Below are positions 11,955 through 21,265 of a DNA stretch of 64,000 bases, one piece after another. This DNA is from a virus. Taxonomy: Duplodnaviria; Caudoviricetes. Within the stretch, counting starts at the first letter, position 1, and each line of letters starts with the position of its first letter. The notes under the pieces are model-generated. The model was given only the letters and a program-made list of their open reading frames with translations. It was not told the DNA's origin and made no database searches. The stretch is from the IMG/VR virus record IMGVR_UViG_3300025715_000009, positions 64,001-128,000 of that record; one strand, given 5' to 3'. Both the position numbers and the translations under genes were made by a program.

Positions 11955-12314
11955 ATCATAACGTTCAAAATAATTACATAGACTTTCACCATTTTCAACC
12001 ATTTTTCCAGCATCAGTTGATATTATTCCACTTAAAACCAATAAACATGAAAGTTGAGAATTCTTGCCTTTGAATCTACATATTTCACAAATATTATCAT
12101 TTAACAAAAGTCTTTTTACTAACTCTACGTCGTTCATCTTTAAAGGAATATCTCCTTTTATCTTTTTGTTTATGTTTTTCTTTTTTAGGAGTTCCAAACT
12201 CTTTATTTATATAATCTTCAAAACATCTACGACATTTATTATCATTATTTAATTGACAATTATGAATATAACACCATTTGTCCAAGAGCATTAGCTTGAT
12301 CTTTTTTATTTCAT

Positions 12315-12686
12315 TCATTTAAACTCCCAGTCATAAGTGAGAGCATCATGGCAGACTATATTCTTATTTAATATACGAACTATATCCTTATTTTTGACTC
12401 CATATTTTTGAGCCATCTCCATAAGACGAAGTTTACATTCTGCTACATTATCCTTCATTAATTCCACACCATAGATAGTTTCTAGAGCGGTTGTAGGGTT
12501 ATGGTTATATTTTTCTACTTTATAACGATATACCTCTACTAGAAAATTACCATTACCAGCAGATGGATCACAAAAGGTTTTATCTTCTTGCCATACCTCT
12601 TCTGGTAGTTTATCTAGTATTTCATCTACTAGGGGGAGAGGAGTAAAAAATTCACCATTATGTTGTTCTCTTTTTGTTTTTTTCAT
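12315..12686 (-). CDS. Amino-methyltransferase SAM-binding module (motifs X/I)
   Basis: GEFFTP, FCDPSAGNGNF, IYGVE, NIVCHDAL; no NPPY. Confidence 0.8.
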   Translation of the reverse strand: MKKTKREQHNGEFFTPLPLVDEILDKLPEEVWQEDKTFCDPSAGNGNFLVEVYRYKVEKYNHNPTTALETIYGVELMKDNVAECKLRLMEMAQKYGVKNKDIVRILNKNIVCHDALTYDWEFK

Positions 12687-13855
12687 TAATATTCTGGTAT
12701 GTTTTTATCAATAAAAACCCATTCTTCGTGAGAAAATCCAAATATTTTTTTAAGATCTTGATCAGTATAAGATTTAGTAAAATCAAGATCTGGAATTATT
12801 GCCAATTCACCTCGGTCAATATTATTATGAATTTTATAAATAGAAAGACAAAATCTTGGAATTTTAAGTCTTAAATAAGAAAGCCTATTTTTTGATTCTT
12901 TTTCTGTTTTATCACCTATGCTAAATGCTTTTTCTTTTATTTTTGAAATAGTTAAATTATTTGGAACAAATGTAAAAAAATCTGGGGAATCAAACAAATT
13001 TGGATCATTGTAGTTTACGTTGCCTCTAATTTGAGAAAAGTTGATATAAAAACTCCCAATTCTATTTTTTATATCTAAAAAAGAGCCATTTTTTTCTATG
13101 AATTTAGAAATTTTTTCTTTTATAGAAAAATATAAAGGGTTATTCCCATATTTGTTAATTCTATTAATATCGCTCATTTCCCATTCTTCATTTCTCATAT
13201 AGTCTTTAAGAATAAATGAGTCATGAATCTTAGATTTATCAACAAAAATTATAGCAATCGGAGTTGCTAGTTTTGCATTTTTGAATATTTGATTGGGATT
13301 TCTAATTTCAATTCTATATACAATTCCTTGCAAAGCTTGTTTTAATCTTTTTTCTATTGTATTTCTGCTATCTGGTTTTTCATTTATTAAAAACGAAGCA
13401 GGTTCAATTATAACAAATTTATCAAAATTTTTAATAGCATGTTCTAGATATTCAAGATGAGTACCATCTTTATAAGGAGGATTTAAAACACCGGTTATTT
13501 TTCTTTCATTTGCTTTTTTTATATCATTCATAATTTTATTATATTCCTTATAGGAATTATCATAAGATGAAATATGCTTATCTTCTGCATGTTTATCATT
13601 ATGAATAGTCCATTTTGTAATCTTTTCATAAACTTCTCCAGGAACTAAAACTGTAAAACCTCCAGCTTTTGAGTGTTTTGCACAATGATAAAGTGATCCA
13701 TGCTTGTCTATTCCAACAATATAATTTTCGTCAGAAATATCCAACACATCAAATATGTGCTTTATAAGCCATAGGGGATCAAAATGGATGTCTTTATTAA
13801 ATTGTGCCTGCCAATTCTCCGCTGATTGGATTCTTTGTTCAAAGTATGCATTCAT
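12686..13855 (-). CDS. Eco57I-like adenine methyltransferase catalytic/target-recognition module
   Basis: LNPPY, IEPASFL, F..A...T.IIF; no recognisable motif I. Confidence 0.7.
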   Translation of the reverse strand: MNAYFEQRIQSAENWQAQFNKDIHFDPLWLIKHIFDVLDISDENYIVGIDKHGSLYHCAKHSKAGGFTVLVPGEVYEKITKWTIHNDKHAEDKHISSYDNSYKEYNKIMNDIKKANERKITGVLNPPYKDGTHLEYLEHAIKNFDKFVIIEPASFLINEKPDSRNTIEKRLKQALQGIVYRIEIRNPNQIFKNAKLATPIAIIFVDKSKIHDSFILKDYMRNEEWEMSDINRINKYGNNPLYFSIKEKISKFIEKNGSFLDIKNRIGSFYINFSQIRGNVNYNDPNLFDSPDFFTFVPNNLTISKIKEKAFSIGDKTEKESKNRLSYLRLKIPRFCLSIYKIHNNIDRGELAIIPDLDFTKSYTDQDLKKIFGFSHEEWVFIDKNIPEY

Positions 13856-13872
13856 ATAAGCATTATATTTCT

Positions 13873-16278
13873 TTAAGAGTTATCTCTAAAACTTAATTTT
13901 AATTTAGAATTCCACCCAATTTTAGAAATAATTTCTTTGTCAAAAAGATCTTTAAGAATTTCAATAGATATTCCAGTAAAAAGCTCAAAATCATGTGGAT
14001 CTATTTTTAATAGATCATCAACACTCTTTGGTTTATCCATTTCTATAAGAACTCCAATTTTAGCAAAAAGATTTCTAATTTTATTTCTAAGTTTAGCATC
14101 CTCATCTTCAGAAATCCACTTCCCAGATGATGGATCTTTATAAGTTGAATTAAAAACTTTGCCTTTAGAATTTCCATCTCCAAAAACAATAACGTCATCA
14201 TTTTTATCAGCTGAAATTAGAACACATTCTGTATTCAAAAGTTTTTTTGAAAGAAAATCAAAATCATCTTTAGTAAAATTAGAAAATTTAAACATTGGAT
14301 CATCAAGTCCAATGCTTTTTCTCATATTATCACTTGAAAGAATTTCATCAATCAAGATTTTCATGTCATTTTTAATCCACTCTGATCCCTGAAGGCTCAA
14401 AACATTCATGTTTCTCAAAATCTTTTTCTGAAGAGTTTCTTCTGCATCTAATTCAGGATAAATCATCATAGCATACAAAAGACTAATTGCTGCGATCTTG
14501 AGTAAAACGCCCTTTGGACAAATAAGAGCTGTTTCTCTTATTAAAACACCTTTAAGAGTATTATTACATCTACCCCTAATCTGATCAAACAACTCAGGGC
14601 TTGATATGTTCTTAGCAATAAAAACTGCGGAGAGCTTATCAAGAGTGACTGCCTGAGCCAAAGAGTCTGATGTCCAGATCATAGTCTTATCATAGAGAGA
14701 GTGAAAATCATTAAGCTTCTCTTCAGTTGAGCCCTTAATTTTATCTCCGTTTTTTCTAAAAAGATCCGTTTTATAATCAGAAGTCCAACAAATCATTTTA
14801 TATCCACATTTCCCATCAAGAAGTTCTACAATAAGCTGTGCAGCTTTCTGACTTGGAACATATGAAAGAACATGATCGAATCTACTATGAGATCCAAAGC
14901 AAAACGCCAGAGATTTTTCATGAACATCTTGAGGATCAAAAATGTTATAAAAAGCATAAAGTATAGCTTCTCTATATTTCAAAACATTCTTTCGTGAAAT
15001 GGGATCTTTTTCTACTGTAAAAAGCTTATCCCAATTAAAATTTTCAGAATCATTATATTGACCTTTTTCTTTTAGAAAAGTAACTGCATCTTCAAGAAAG
15101 TCCTTTGTAAAAATTGTCTGACGATAATCAGGAAGATTAAGAAGTTGCTTATAGGCATGAAGTTCTTCATCTGTGAGTTGAACTGTATTATACTCATTGG
15201 CAACTCCAATCATAAATTCATTATATGGAGTTGCACTAACAGAAATAACAAACTTTGGTTTTATTACAGACGTAATAAGTTTTTGAGAAAGAATGCTATC
15301 AGCCTCTCTATGATATTCATCAATCACAAGAGCATCAAACTCATAATTTGAGATAAAATCAATAAACTCCTTTGACTTTACATTCTTCATTTTAGCCCAA
15401 GAAGCAAAAATAACAACCTTCTCATCACTTTCAAGAGCATTCTTAAGATTATCATCGACTTTCAGATTTCTAACATTAACAGCTTTCCAACTATAGAAGT
15501 CATTATGCTCATTGAAAACCTTATTAAACGAACCCCAACCGTCAGGAGAAGGAGTAATAATAAGAATTTTCTTAATGCCTTTTTTGTTAGCTGCTCTGAG
15601 CATATCATCTATTTTCTTAAGAGAAAGAGCAATTATATAGCTTTTACCAGATCGAGTTGGAGAAACTAAAAATACATTTCCTACATTATCAATTACAACT
15701 TTGCTGGCAATAGCTTCTGATTTCTCATTCTGATAATCATAGAACTTGTCTGATCGTGTGCGAATTTTATCATGCTTCATATATCCGTATCTGATAAGAA
15801 TAGCGTGCATAATATCTTCAAATTCTATATTTGCAAATGAATCAGCACCAAGCTTGGAAGAGGGAAGGTTTTCATTTTTAAAATATTCTCGAGAAGTCTG
15901 GAATCCCAAAACTTCAGTCATGATCTTATGAGTTGATTTATCTTCTTGAGGATTATCTGAATAGGGAACCCTAATAACAGCAATCATAATTTCAATTGCA
16001 TCAGGGTGATTCTTGTCTCTTAGATATCCACCATCAGTTTCTTTCCAGTCTTTACCTGCCCACCCAAGCTTTGCAGTCATGACTTTTTTAGAAATATCAT
16101 CTTTAGAAGCTTTGGTATACAGCCAAGAATGAGGTTGATTTTCAGACACCAAATTGATGATTTTTGGGCGCCCATTCTTAATAGCTTCAAAATAAAGACT
16201 CTCAAGAGTGTCCTCACAAGTTAATCCATCAATCTTTTTGAGAAGTTTTCCAAAAACTCTTCTACCATGTCTATTCAT
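13873..16278 (-). CDS. SF2 DExH helicase (restriction-subunit-like)
   Basis: SPTRSGKS, VIDEYHR, SVSATP, QIRGR. Confidence 0.8.
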   Translation of the reverse strand: MNRHGRRVFGKLLKKIDGLTCEDTLESLYFEAIKNGRPKIINLVSENQPHSWLYTKASKDDISKKVMTAKLGWAGKDWKETDGGYLRDKNHPDAIEIMIAVIRVPYSDNPQEDKSTHKIMTEVLGFQTSREYFKNENLPSSKLGADSFANIEFEDIMHAILIRYGYMKHDKIRTRSDKFYDYQNEKSEAIASKVVIDNVGNVFLVSPTRSGKSYIIALSLKKIDDMLRAANKKGIKKILIITPSPDGWGSFNKVFNEHNDFYSWKAVNVRNLKVDDNLKNALESDEKVVIFASWAKMKNVKSKEFIDFISNYEFDALVIDEYHREADSILSQKLITSVIKPKFVISVSATPYNEFMIGVANEYNTVQLTDEELHAYKQLLNLPDYRQTIFTKDFLEDAVTFLKEKGQYNDSENFNWDKLFTVEKDPISRKNVLKYREAILYAFYNIFDPQDVHEKSLAFCFGSHSRFDHVLSYVPSQKAAQLIVELLDGKCGYKMICWTSDYKTDLFRKNGDKIKGSTEEKLNDFHSLYDKTMIWTSDSLAQAVTLDKLSAVFIAKNISSPELFDQIRGRCNNTLKGVLIRETALICPKGVLLKIAAISLLYAMMIYPELDAEETLQKKILRNMNVLSLQGSEWIKNDMKILIDEILSSDNMRKSIGLDDPMFKFSNFTKDDFDFLSKKLLNTECVLISADKNDDVIVFGDGNSKGKVFNSTYKDPSSGKWISEDEDAKLRNKIRNLFAKIGVLIEMDKPKSVDDLLKIDPHDFELFTGISIEILKDLFDKEIISKIGWNSKLKLSFRDNS

Positions 16279-16371
16279 CTTTATAACCTCTAAAGATATT
16301 ATACCAAAAATTTCTCTTTTCTAAATTAAATAATTCATTATTTTTAATAAAGATAATATAAAGGAGAGTAT

Positions 16372-16734
16372 ATGCAATTTAATAAGGTACTATCTGAAGT
16401 AAAAATTTCTATATTAGCAAATAGTTTAAAAAGCAATAATCCTGTGTTTGATAAATCAGACTCTGACATCCTTAAGGCAATTGGTAGTCTTACAGATGAT
16501 ACTGGTAAACCTATTGTAGATATCAACTTGGCTAATTCATATGTAAAAAAACTTGGTCTTAACCCAACAGATCCAAAAGTAGCAAAGGTTATTAACTTGG
16601 CAGTTAAATATAATGCTCAAGCTCAACAATCAAATCAAGACATATCAAAAATAGAAGCAGAAAGAGCACAACAAAGAAATGCTAGAAGAAGTGATCTAAG
16701 TGGACAAATAGCAGCCAAAGGTTGGGTTCAATAA
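16372..16734 (+). CDS. Putative internal head protein (CTS-like N-terminus)
   Basis: MQFNKVLSE start; AAGATAA and AAGGAG upstream. Confidence 0.5.
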   Translation: MQFNKVLSEVKISILANSLKSNNPVFDKSDSDILKAIGSLTDDTGKPIVDINLANSYVKKLGLNPTDPKVAKVINLAVKYNAQAQQSNQDISKIEAERAQQRNARRSDLSGQIAAKGWVQ

Positions 16735-17076
16735 AACAAGAGTTTAATCTTATTAAACAAAGACTTGCCTTCAAAAATACGTGAAAAGATATAAGAATAA
16801 CGGTACCAGTTTTTCATCCCATTAACTTTTTTTACAGTAATACAGTTAGTATAATCTCCATTATTGGTAAGTCTCCTGGCTGTGTCATATACTATATCCC
16901 ACTTGAATTTACCTAAACCATAAGTGTAATACTCTTCATACACCTGTTCTTCTTCTGGAGTGGTATAAGACATATCTAGAGCTTTTTCAAGATGACGTTC
17001 ATAGAGCTGAGACAACTTATTACCAATAAAACATTTGATCATAATAACTCCTGTAAACATTATACTACATTCTCCA

Positions 17077-18327
17077 CTATTCTAAATTTAATAAACCCTT
17101 CATTTCTTCTCTCATCTCCAAAGAATTTTTAGCAATTCTAAGAGCATCACGTACAGGGTCGAATCCAGGATCCAAAGCCAAAGCTTCTGACCAAAAGATA
17201 ATTGCTCTCTCAATATCACCCCGGGTATATCTCTCTAACCCAAGTACATATAACTCATCTACTTTATTGGCCCTTTCTGCTCTTCCCATATCTCCTAACC
17301 TAAATCTAGCCTGTATGGATAAGTGATTAAGAGAGGAAAGTTGAGTAGTAAGATCAAGAGTATAATTTACAAACAAAGTCATAGGATTAAAATCAATTGC
17401 AGTTCCTACTGTTAATCTGGGATTGGCTCCTTTAACCTGTAAGCCAGAATGTATAGAGAAGAAATCAGTGAAAATGAAATTCATTCCAACTGACCAATAT
17501 TCTTGTTCACTCTTAGAAATATCTACTAGATTAATAGGAAAAGAGATATCAGATGAAAGAGTAAGAGGGCGAATTGGAGAGTAAGCAAGACCAAAAGTAA
17601 AAGTAGTTGGAAGAGGATCGCCTTGAATAGGAGGACCAAAATTCTTGAGAGCAAGACCAACAGACATATTTTTGGATCTTGAGGCATAATATTTAAGAAA
17701 GTTAAACTTGGTTAACATGCCGAAATCTGCCATCAGAGCAAGAGCAGATTGATCAAAACCCGATCCTGCTTGGACAATATCATTAGCATCAGCAAAATCT
17801 GGAAAAGATTGATAAGCAAGCTTGATATTTGCTCCAATAGCAATACCATAAAAATAATAACCAGGGAAAAGATGAAGTGATGCATTCCCAATCAATAAAG
17901 CTTCAGAATAATAACCAGAGGAGAGACGATCTCCATAATCATTATATTCACTAAACGGAAGATAAAGCCATTTTCCACCTAGAGCAAAACCAATATGATC
18001 AAGACGTTTTGTAAAGATTACACTTTCAAGTCTAGAATCAGCAATCCAATTATTATGATAAAGTGAGAGTTCAGTAAAATCTTGAATACAAGAAGCTGAA
18101 GGATTAAACTCAAGAAAAGATGAATCAGTAGATACAGCTGTATAAGCCATACCCATTCCCTCTGCTAGCCCACCAGATGGAATACGAGTGATAAGCATAC
18201 GATTTAATCCGGCATTTAAATCAATGTTTAACAAAGAAGATAGGAAGTCATATGCTGATGGACTTTGAGCATATACCAAAGAAAATAAAGAAAAAATGAA
18301 TCCAAGATATAATCTTTTCATACCCAC
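17077..18327 (-). CDS. UPF0164/PorV-like outer-membrane beta-barrel with C-terminal TPR
   Basis: Signal peptide (VYA|Q), IPSGGLAEGMGMAYTAV..D.S..NP, alternating beta-strands, TPR LYVLGLERY..AIIFWSEALALDP. Confidence 0.75.
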   Translation of the reverse strand: MGMKRLYLGFIFSLFSLVYAQSPSAYDFLSSLLNIDLNAGLNRMLITRIPSGGLAEGMGMAYTAVSTDSSFLEFNPSASCIQDFTELSLYHNNWIADSRLESVIFTKRLDHIGFALGGKWLYLPFSEYNDYGDRLSSGYYSEALLIGNASLHLFPGYYFYGIAIGANIKLAYQSFPDFADANDIVQAGSGFDQSALALMADFGMLTKFNFLKYYASRSKNMSVGLALKNFGPPIQGDPLPTTFTFGLAYSPIRPLTLSSDISFPINLVDISKSEQEYWSVGMNFIFTDFFSIHSGLQVKGANPRLTVGTAIDFNPMTLFVNYTLDLTTQLSSLNHLSIQARFRLGDMGRAERANKVDELYVLGLERYTRGDIERAIIFWSEALALDPGFDPVRDALRIAKNSLEMREEMKGLLNLE

Positions 18328-19018
18328 TCCTGGAAAGATTATACTATATTATATAAAATCTCTAAACCCAGAGTTGAAATATCTCTTGTTTAAAAACAAT
18401 TTTTAACATATCCCTAGAATCTATTTCAGTAAGACCCATTACACCAGTACTTTTAAATTTATTATTAAAATCATATGTTAAAACATTTCTATATATATTA
18501 AAAGATACACAATGTGGAATCCCATCTTTTATATCTCTAATATAGTGATAAGTAATATTAGATCCCCAATCATATAAATAAGTCTTACCTGCTTCTAACA
18601 CTTAAATTTTCCCACTTGGCTAATAGTTTTTTTAATAATTCCATATCTCTTTGAATAGTGTGATCAAAATTTATTCCAACATTAAAAAACGTACCTTTTA
18701 TCTGCAGATCATGTTTAATTTTTTCTATTGATGAATCTATTATTCCAATATAGTTTTCATATTCTGGATCATTTTCGTTTTTTGCTATAGCTATTAATAA
18801 CCACTCATTGCCAGATGTTAATTGAAAAAAGAAAGATTCATTATTCATATCTTCTTCATAGTGTGAAAATTTTAAATTAGATATTTTTAACACTTTCTGT
18901 AATACATAAAAAGGAAATGGATATTTAAATATCTGTTTAATGGTCTGTCTCATTAAATTTATAGTCATAATCTTATCTTTCTATTTCAAAGTAATAAGAT
19001 AACTGTATAGGAGATAAT

Positions 19019-21262
19019 ATGCAAATTACTACTAAATTAGAATTCGATAATATAATGTTAGACCCACTTACTAACATCTCTACGACAATTGAGTTCCCAG
19101 GTGGAACAGTAGATTGGCAATTAAATATAACCAAACCCTGTACTATCTTTGGAAATAATACAATAATCGATGTATCAGGTGATGGTCATGATAATGCTTT
19201 AGTTATAACAGCAGCAGTTGATATATCAGACCTGACTGTTTTAAATTCAGAAAAAACTGCGATATTAATTAACAATGTTGATGGGGCAAGATTTGAAAAA
19301 ATTAGGACAGGACACTCTAACTATGGTTGGCTTATAAAAGACAGCAAAAATTTAGAGTTCGAAGAGTGTGAGTCTTATAATAATAATATAGGTTTTGAAC
19401 TACAGGGCTCCTCTTCTATAATGGGAAATATTGATTCTTATCAAGAATTAGGTCTTAATATTCAAGGAGAAGATCCTTCTGGATTATTAGCAAACAAAAA
19501 ATATTATTTTAAAGTTAATGATAAAGAGTATGAATTAACAACTTCTAATTATATCACTTTTAATAATCTCATACAACAATTAAATGATTCAAAGAGGACA
19601 AGTGATGGACAATTATTAAAAGCAGAATTTTTGGTAACACTTACTAATAATGATGTTCGTATTACATCTTTAACTAACTCATCTACTTCTTTAGGAAGAG
19701 GGACAACCGGCAAGGATTTATTTAGATATATTACAGGTTTTGATACTCATGAACAATTAAATGTAGAATGTTTAGATAATATAATAATTGGTGGTACTGC
19801 TAGGCTTCAATCTAAATACTGGATATTAAAAACATTTGAAAGAAATTATTATATATGGTATAATTCTGCTGCGTCTGAAACTGCTCCATATGTTGGAACA
19901 AACCCAAATATACCAAATCATACTGGAATAGAAGTAAGGATACTTGATAATAATAATTCTTCAACAGTAGCACAAAAAACAAAAGATGCATTAGAAACAA
20001 TAACATCAATAAGTGATTTTCTTGTATCTATTAATAATAATATTCTAACAATCTTCTTCTGTCAAAGCGGTAATGCTCCTGAATCCGAACCAGGCAATAT
20101 AGGATTTACATTAACCAAGACAGATGGAGCAGTTGATGGTATATTTGATCTTCCATTTGGTAATACCTTATTAGAAGATAGAACAGATAGATGCCAATAT
20201 AACACAATATTAAATTCTTTATTTTATAAAAATGCAATTGGTATAAAATTAGTAAATGCAAATAATAATGAATTTACTAATTGTCAAGTTTATCAAAACA
20301 GTAATATTGGAATTTGGCAATTAGATACCTCTCATGATAATATTTATCGTGGAGAAATTTATGAAAATATAAGATACGGAGCAAGAAACACTGATCGTGA
20401 TCACTTGTTAGATTTATCATCTTGCTGGTGGGGTGATTTAACTGGGCCGTCTGGATCTGGTAGAGGTGTTGGTGATAAAATAAGCAATTATATTAAAATC
20501 GATCCATGGCTTCAATCTGGTACTGAACCTGAATTAACTTATCCTATTACAAGAGGATTTATATGGAATATGCTGGGCTACCCTCAAGTAGCAGTAGAAC
20601 TAACCGAAGATCAAGTATCTCAATGTATATCTTTGGCTCTAGAAAAATTCCACTATTATTGGCAACCAGAACCATATTATCATTATATGAGTATAGGTGA
20701 AGGACAATATGAATTAGAGTTGCCAGTCAATATACCCAAAGAGAGTATAATAGAGGTAATTTATGCACCGCAAGCTGATATCTTCGCACAACTGTCTGGA
20801 TCAGGAGAATCATTCTTTTTGACATATTATATGCAACAATCTGGCGGAACATTCTTGGCTGACTTCTATGTGGCAATGTCTTATAAAGAAACATTTGAAA
20901 GAACATTAGGTATAGTTCCATCATATGAATTTTTATCTCATCCTGACTCTAATGGTGTGATGAAAGATTATATACGACTTTATCCTCGACCATCAACTAA
21001 TGCAATTCGTGTTGGATTAAAAGTATCAAGACAATTAAGTGAGAGTGAAGTTGATCAAGATATGTGGATAAGAAAATATGCATTAGCTTGGGCTAAACAA
21101 ATGCTTGGTCAAATTCGTTCCAAATTTTCTTCTGTACCGGGGCCAACTGGTGAAATTTCTCTCAAAGGTAGTGAGTTAATATCTGAAGGAAAAGAGGAGC
21201 AAGAAAAGTTAGAGATGGATTTAATAAAAAGGTCAGAACCTCTTGGTTTTATTACAGGTTAA
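19019..21262 (+). CDS. T4 gp13-like neck protein with long N-terminal beta-helix extension
   Basis: C-term MLGYPQVAVELTEDQVSQCISLAL ... WIRKYALAWAKQMLGQIRSKF; N-term NxxGI beta-helix repeats and WWG..GP. Confidence 0.8.
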   Translation: MQITTKLEFDNIMLDPLTNISTTIEFPGGTVDWQLNITKPCTIFGNNTIIDVSGDGHDNALVITAAVDISDLTVLNSEKTAILINNVDGARFEKIRTGHSNYGWLIKDSKNLEFEECESYNNNIGFELQGSSSIMGNIDSYQELGLNIQGEDPSGLLANKKYYFKVNDKEYELTTSNYITFNNLIQQLNDSKRTSDGQLLKAEFLVTLTNNDVRITSLTNSSTSLGRGTTGKDLFRYITGFDTHEQLNVECLDNIIIGGTARLQSKYWILKTFERNYYIWYNSAASETAPYVGTNPNIPNHTGIEVRILDNNNSSTVAQKTKDALETITSISDFLVSINNNILTIFFCQSGNAPESEPGNIGFTLTKTDGAVDGIFDLPFGNTLLEDRTDRCQYNTILNSLFYKNAIGIKLVNANNNEFTNCQVYQNSNIGIWQLDTSHDNIYRGEIYENIRYGARNTDRDHLLDLSSCWWGDLTGPSGSGRGVGDKISNYIKIDPWLQSGTEPELTYPITRGFIWNMLGYPQVAVELTEDQVSQCISLALEKFHYYWQPEPYYHYMSIGEGQYELELPVNIPKESIIEVIYAPQADIFAQLSGSGESFFLTYYMQQSGGTFLADFYVAMSYKETFERTLGIVPSYEFLSHPDSNGVMKDYIRLYPRPSTNAIRVGLKVSRQLSESEVDQDMWIRKYALAWAKQMLGQIRSKFSSVPGPTGEISLKGSELISEGKEEQEKLEMDLIKRSEPLGFITG

Positions 21263-21265
21263 TAT

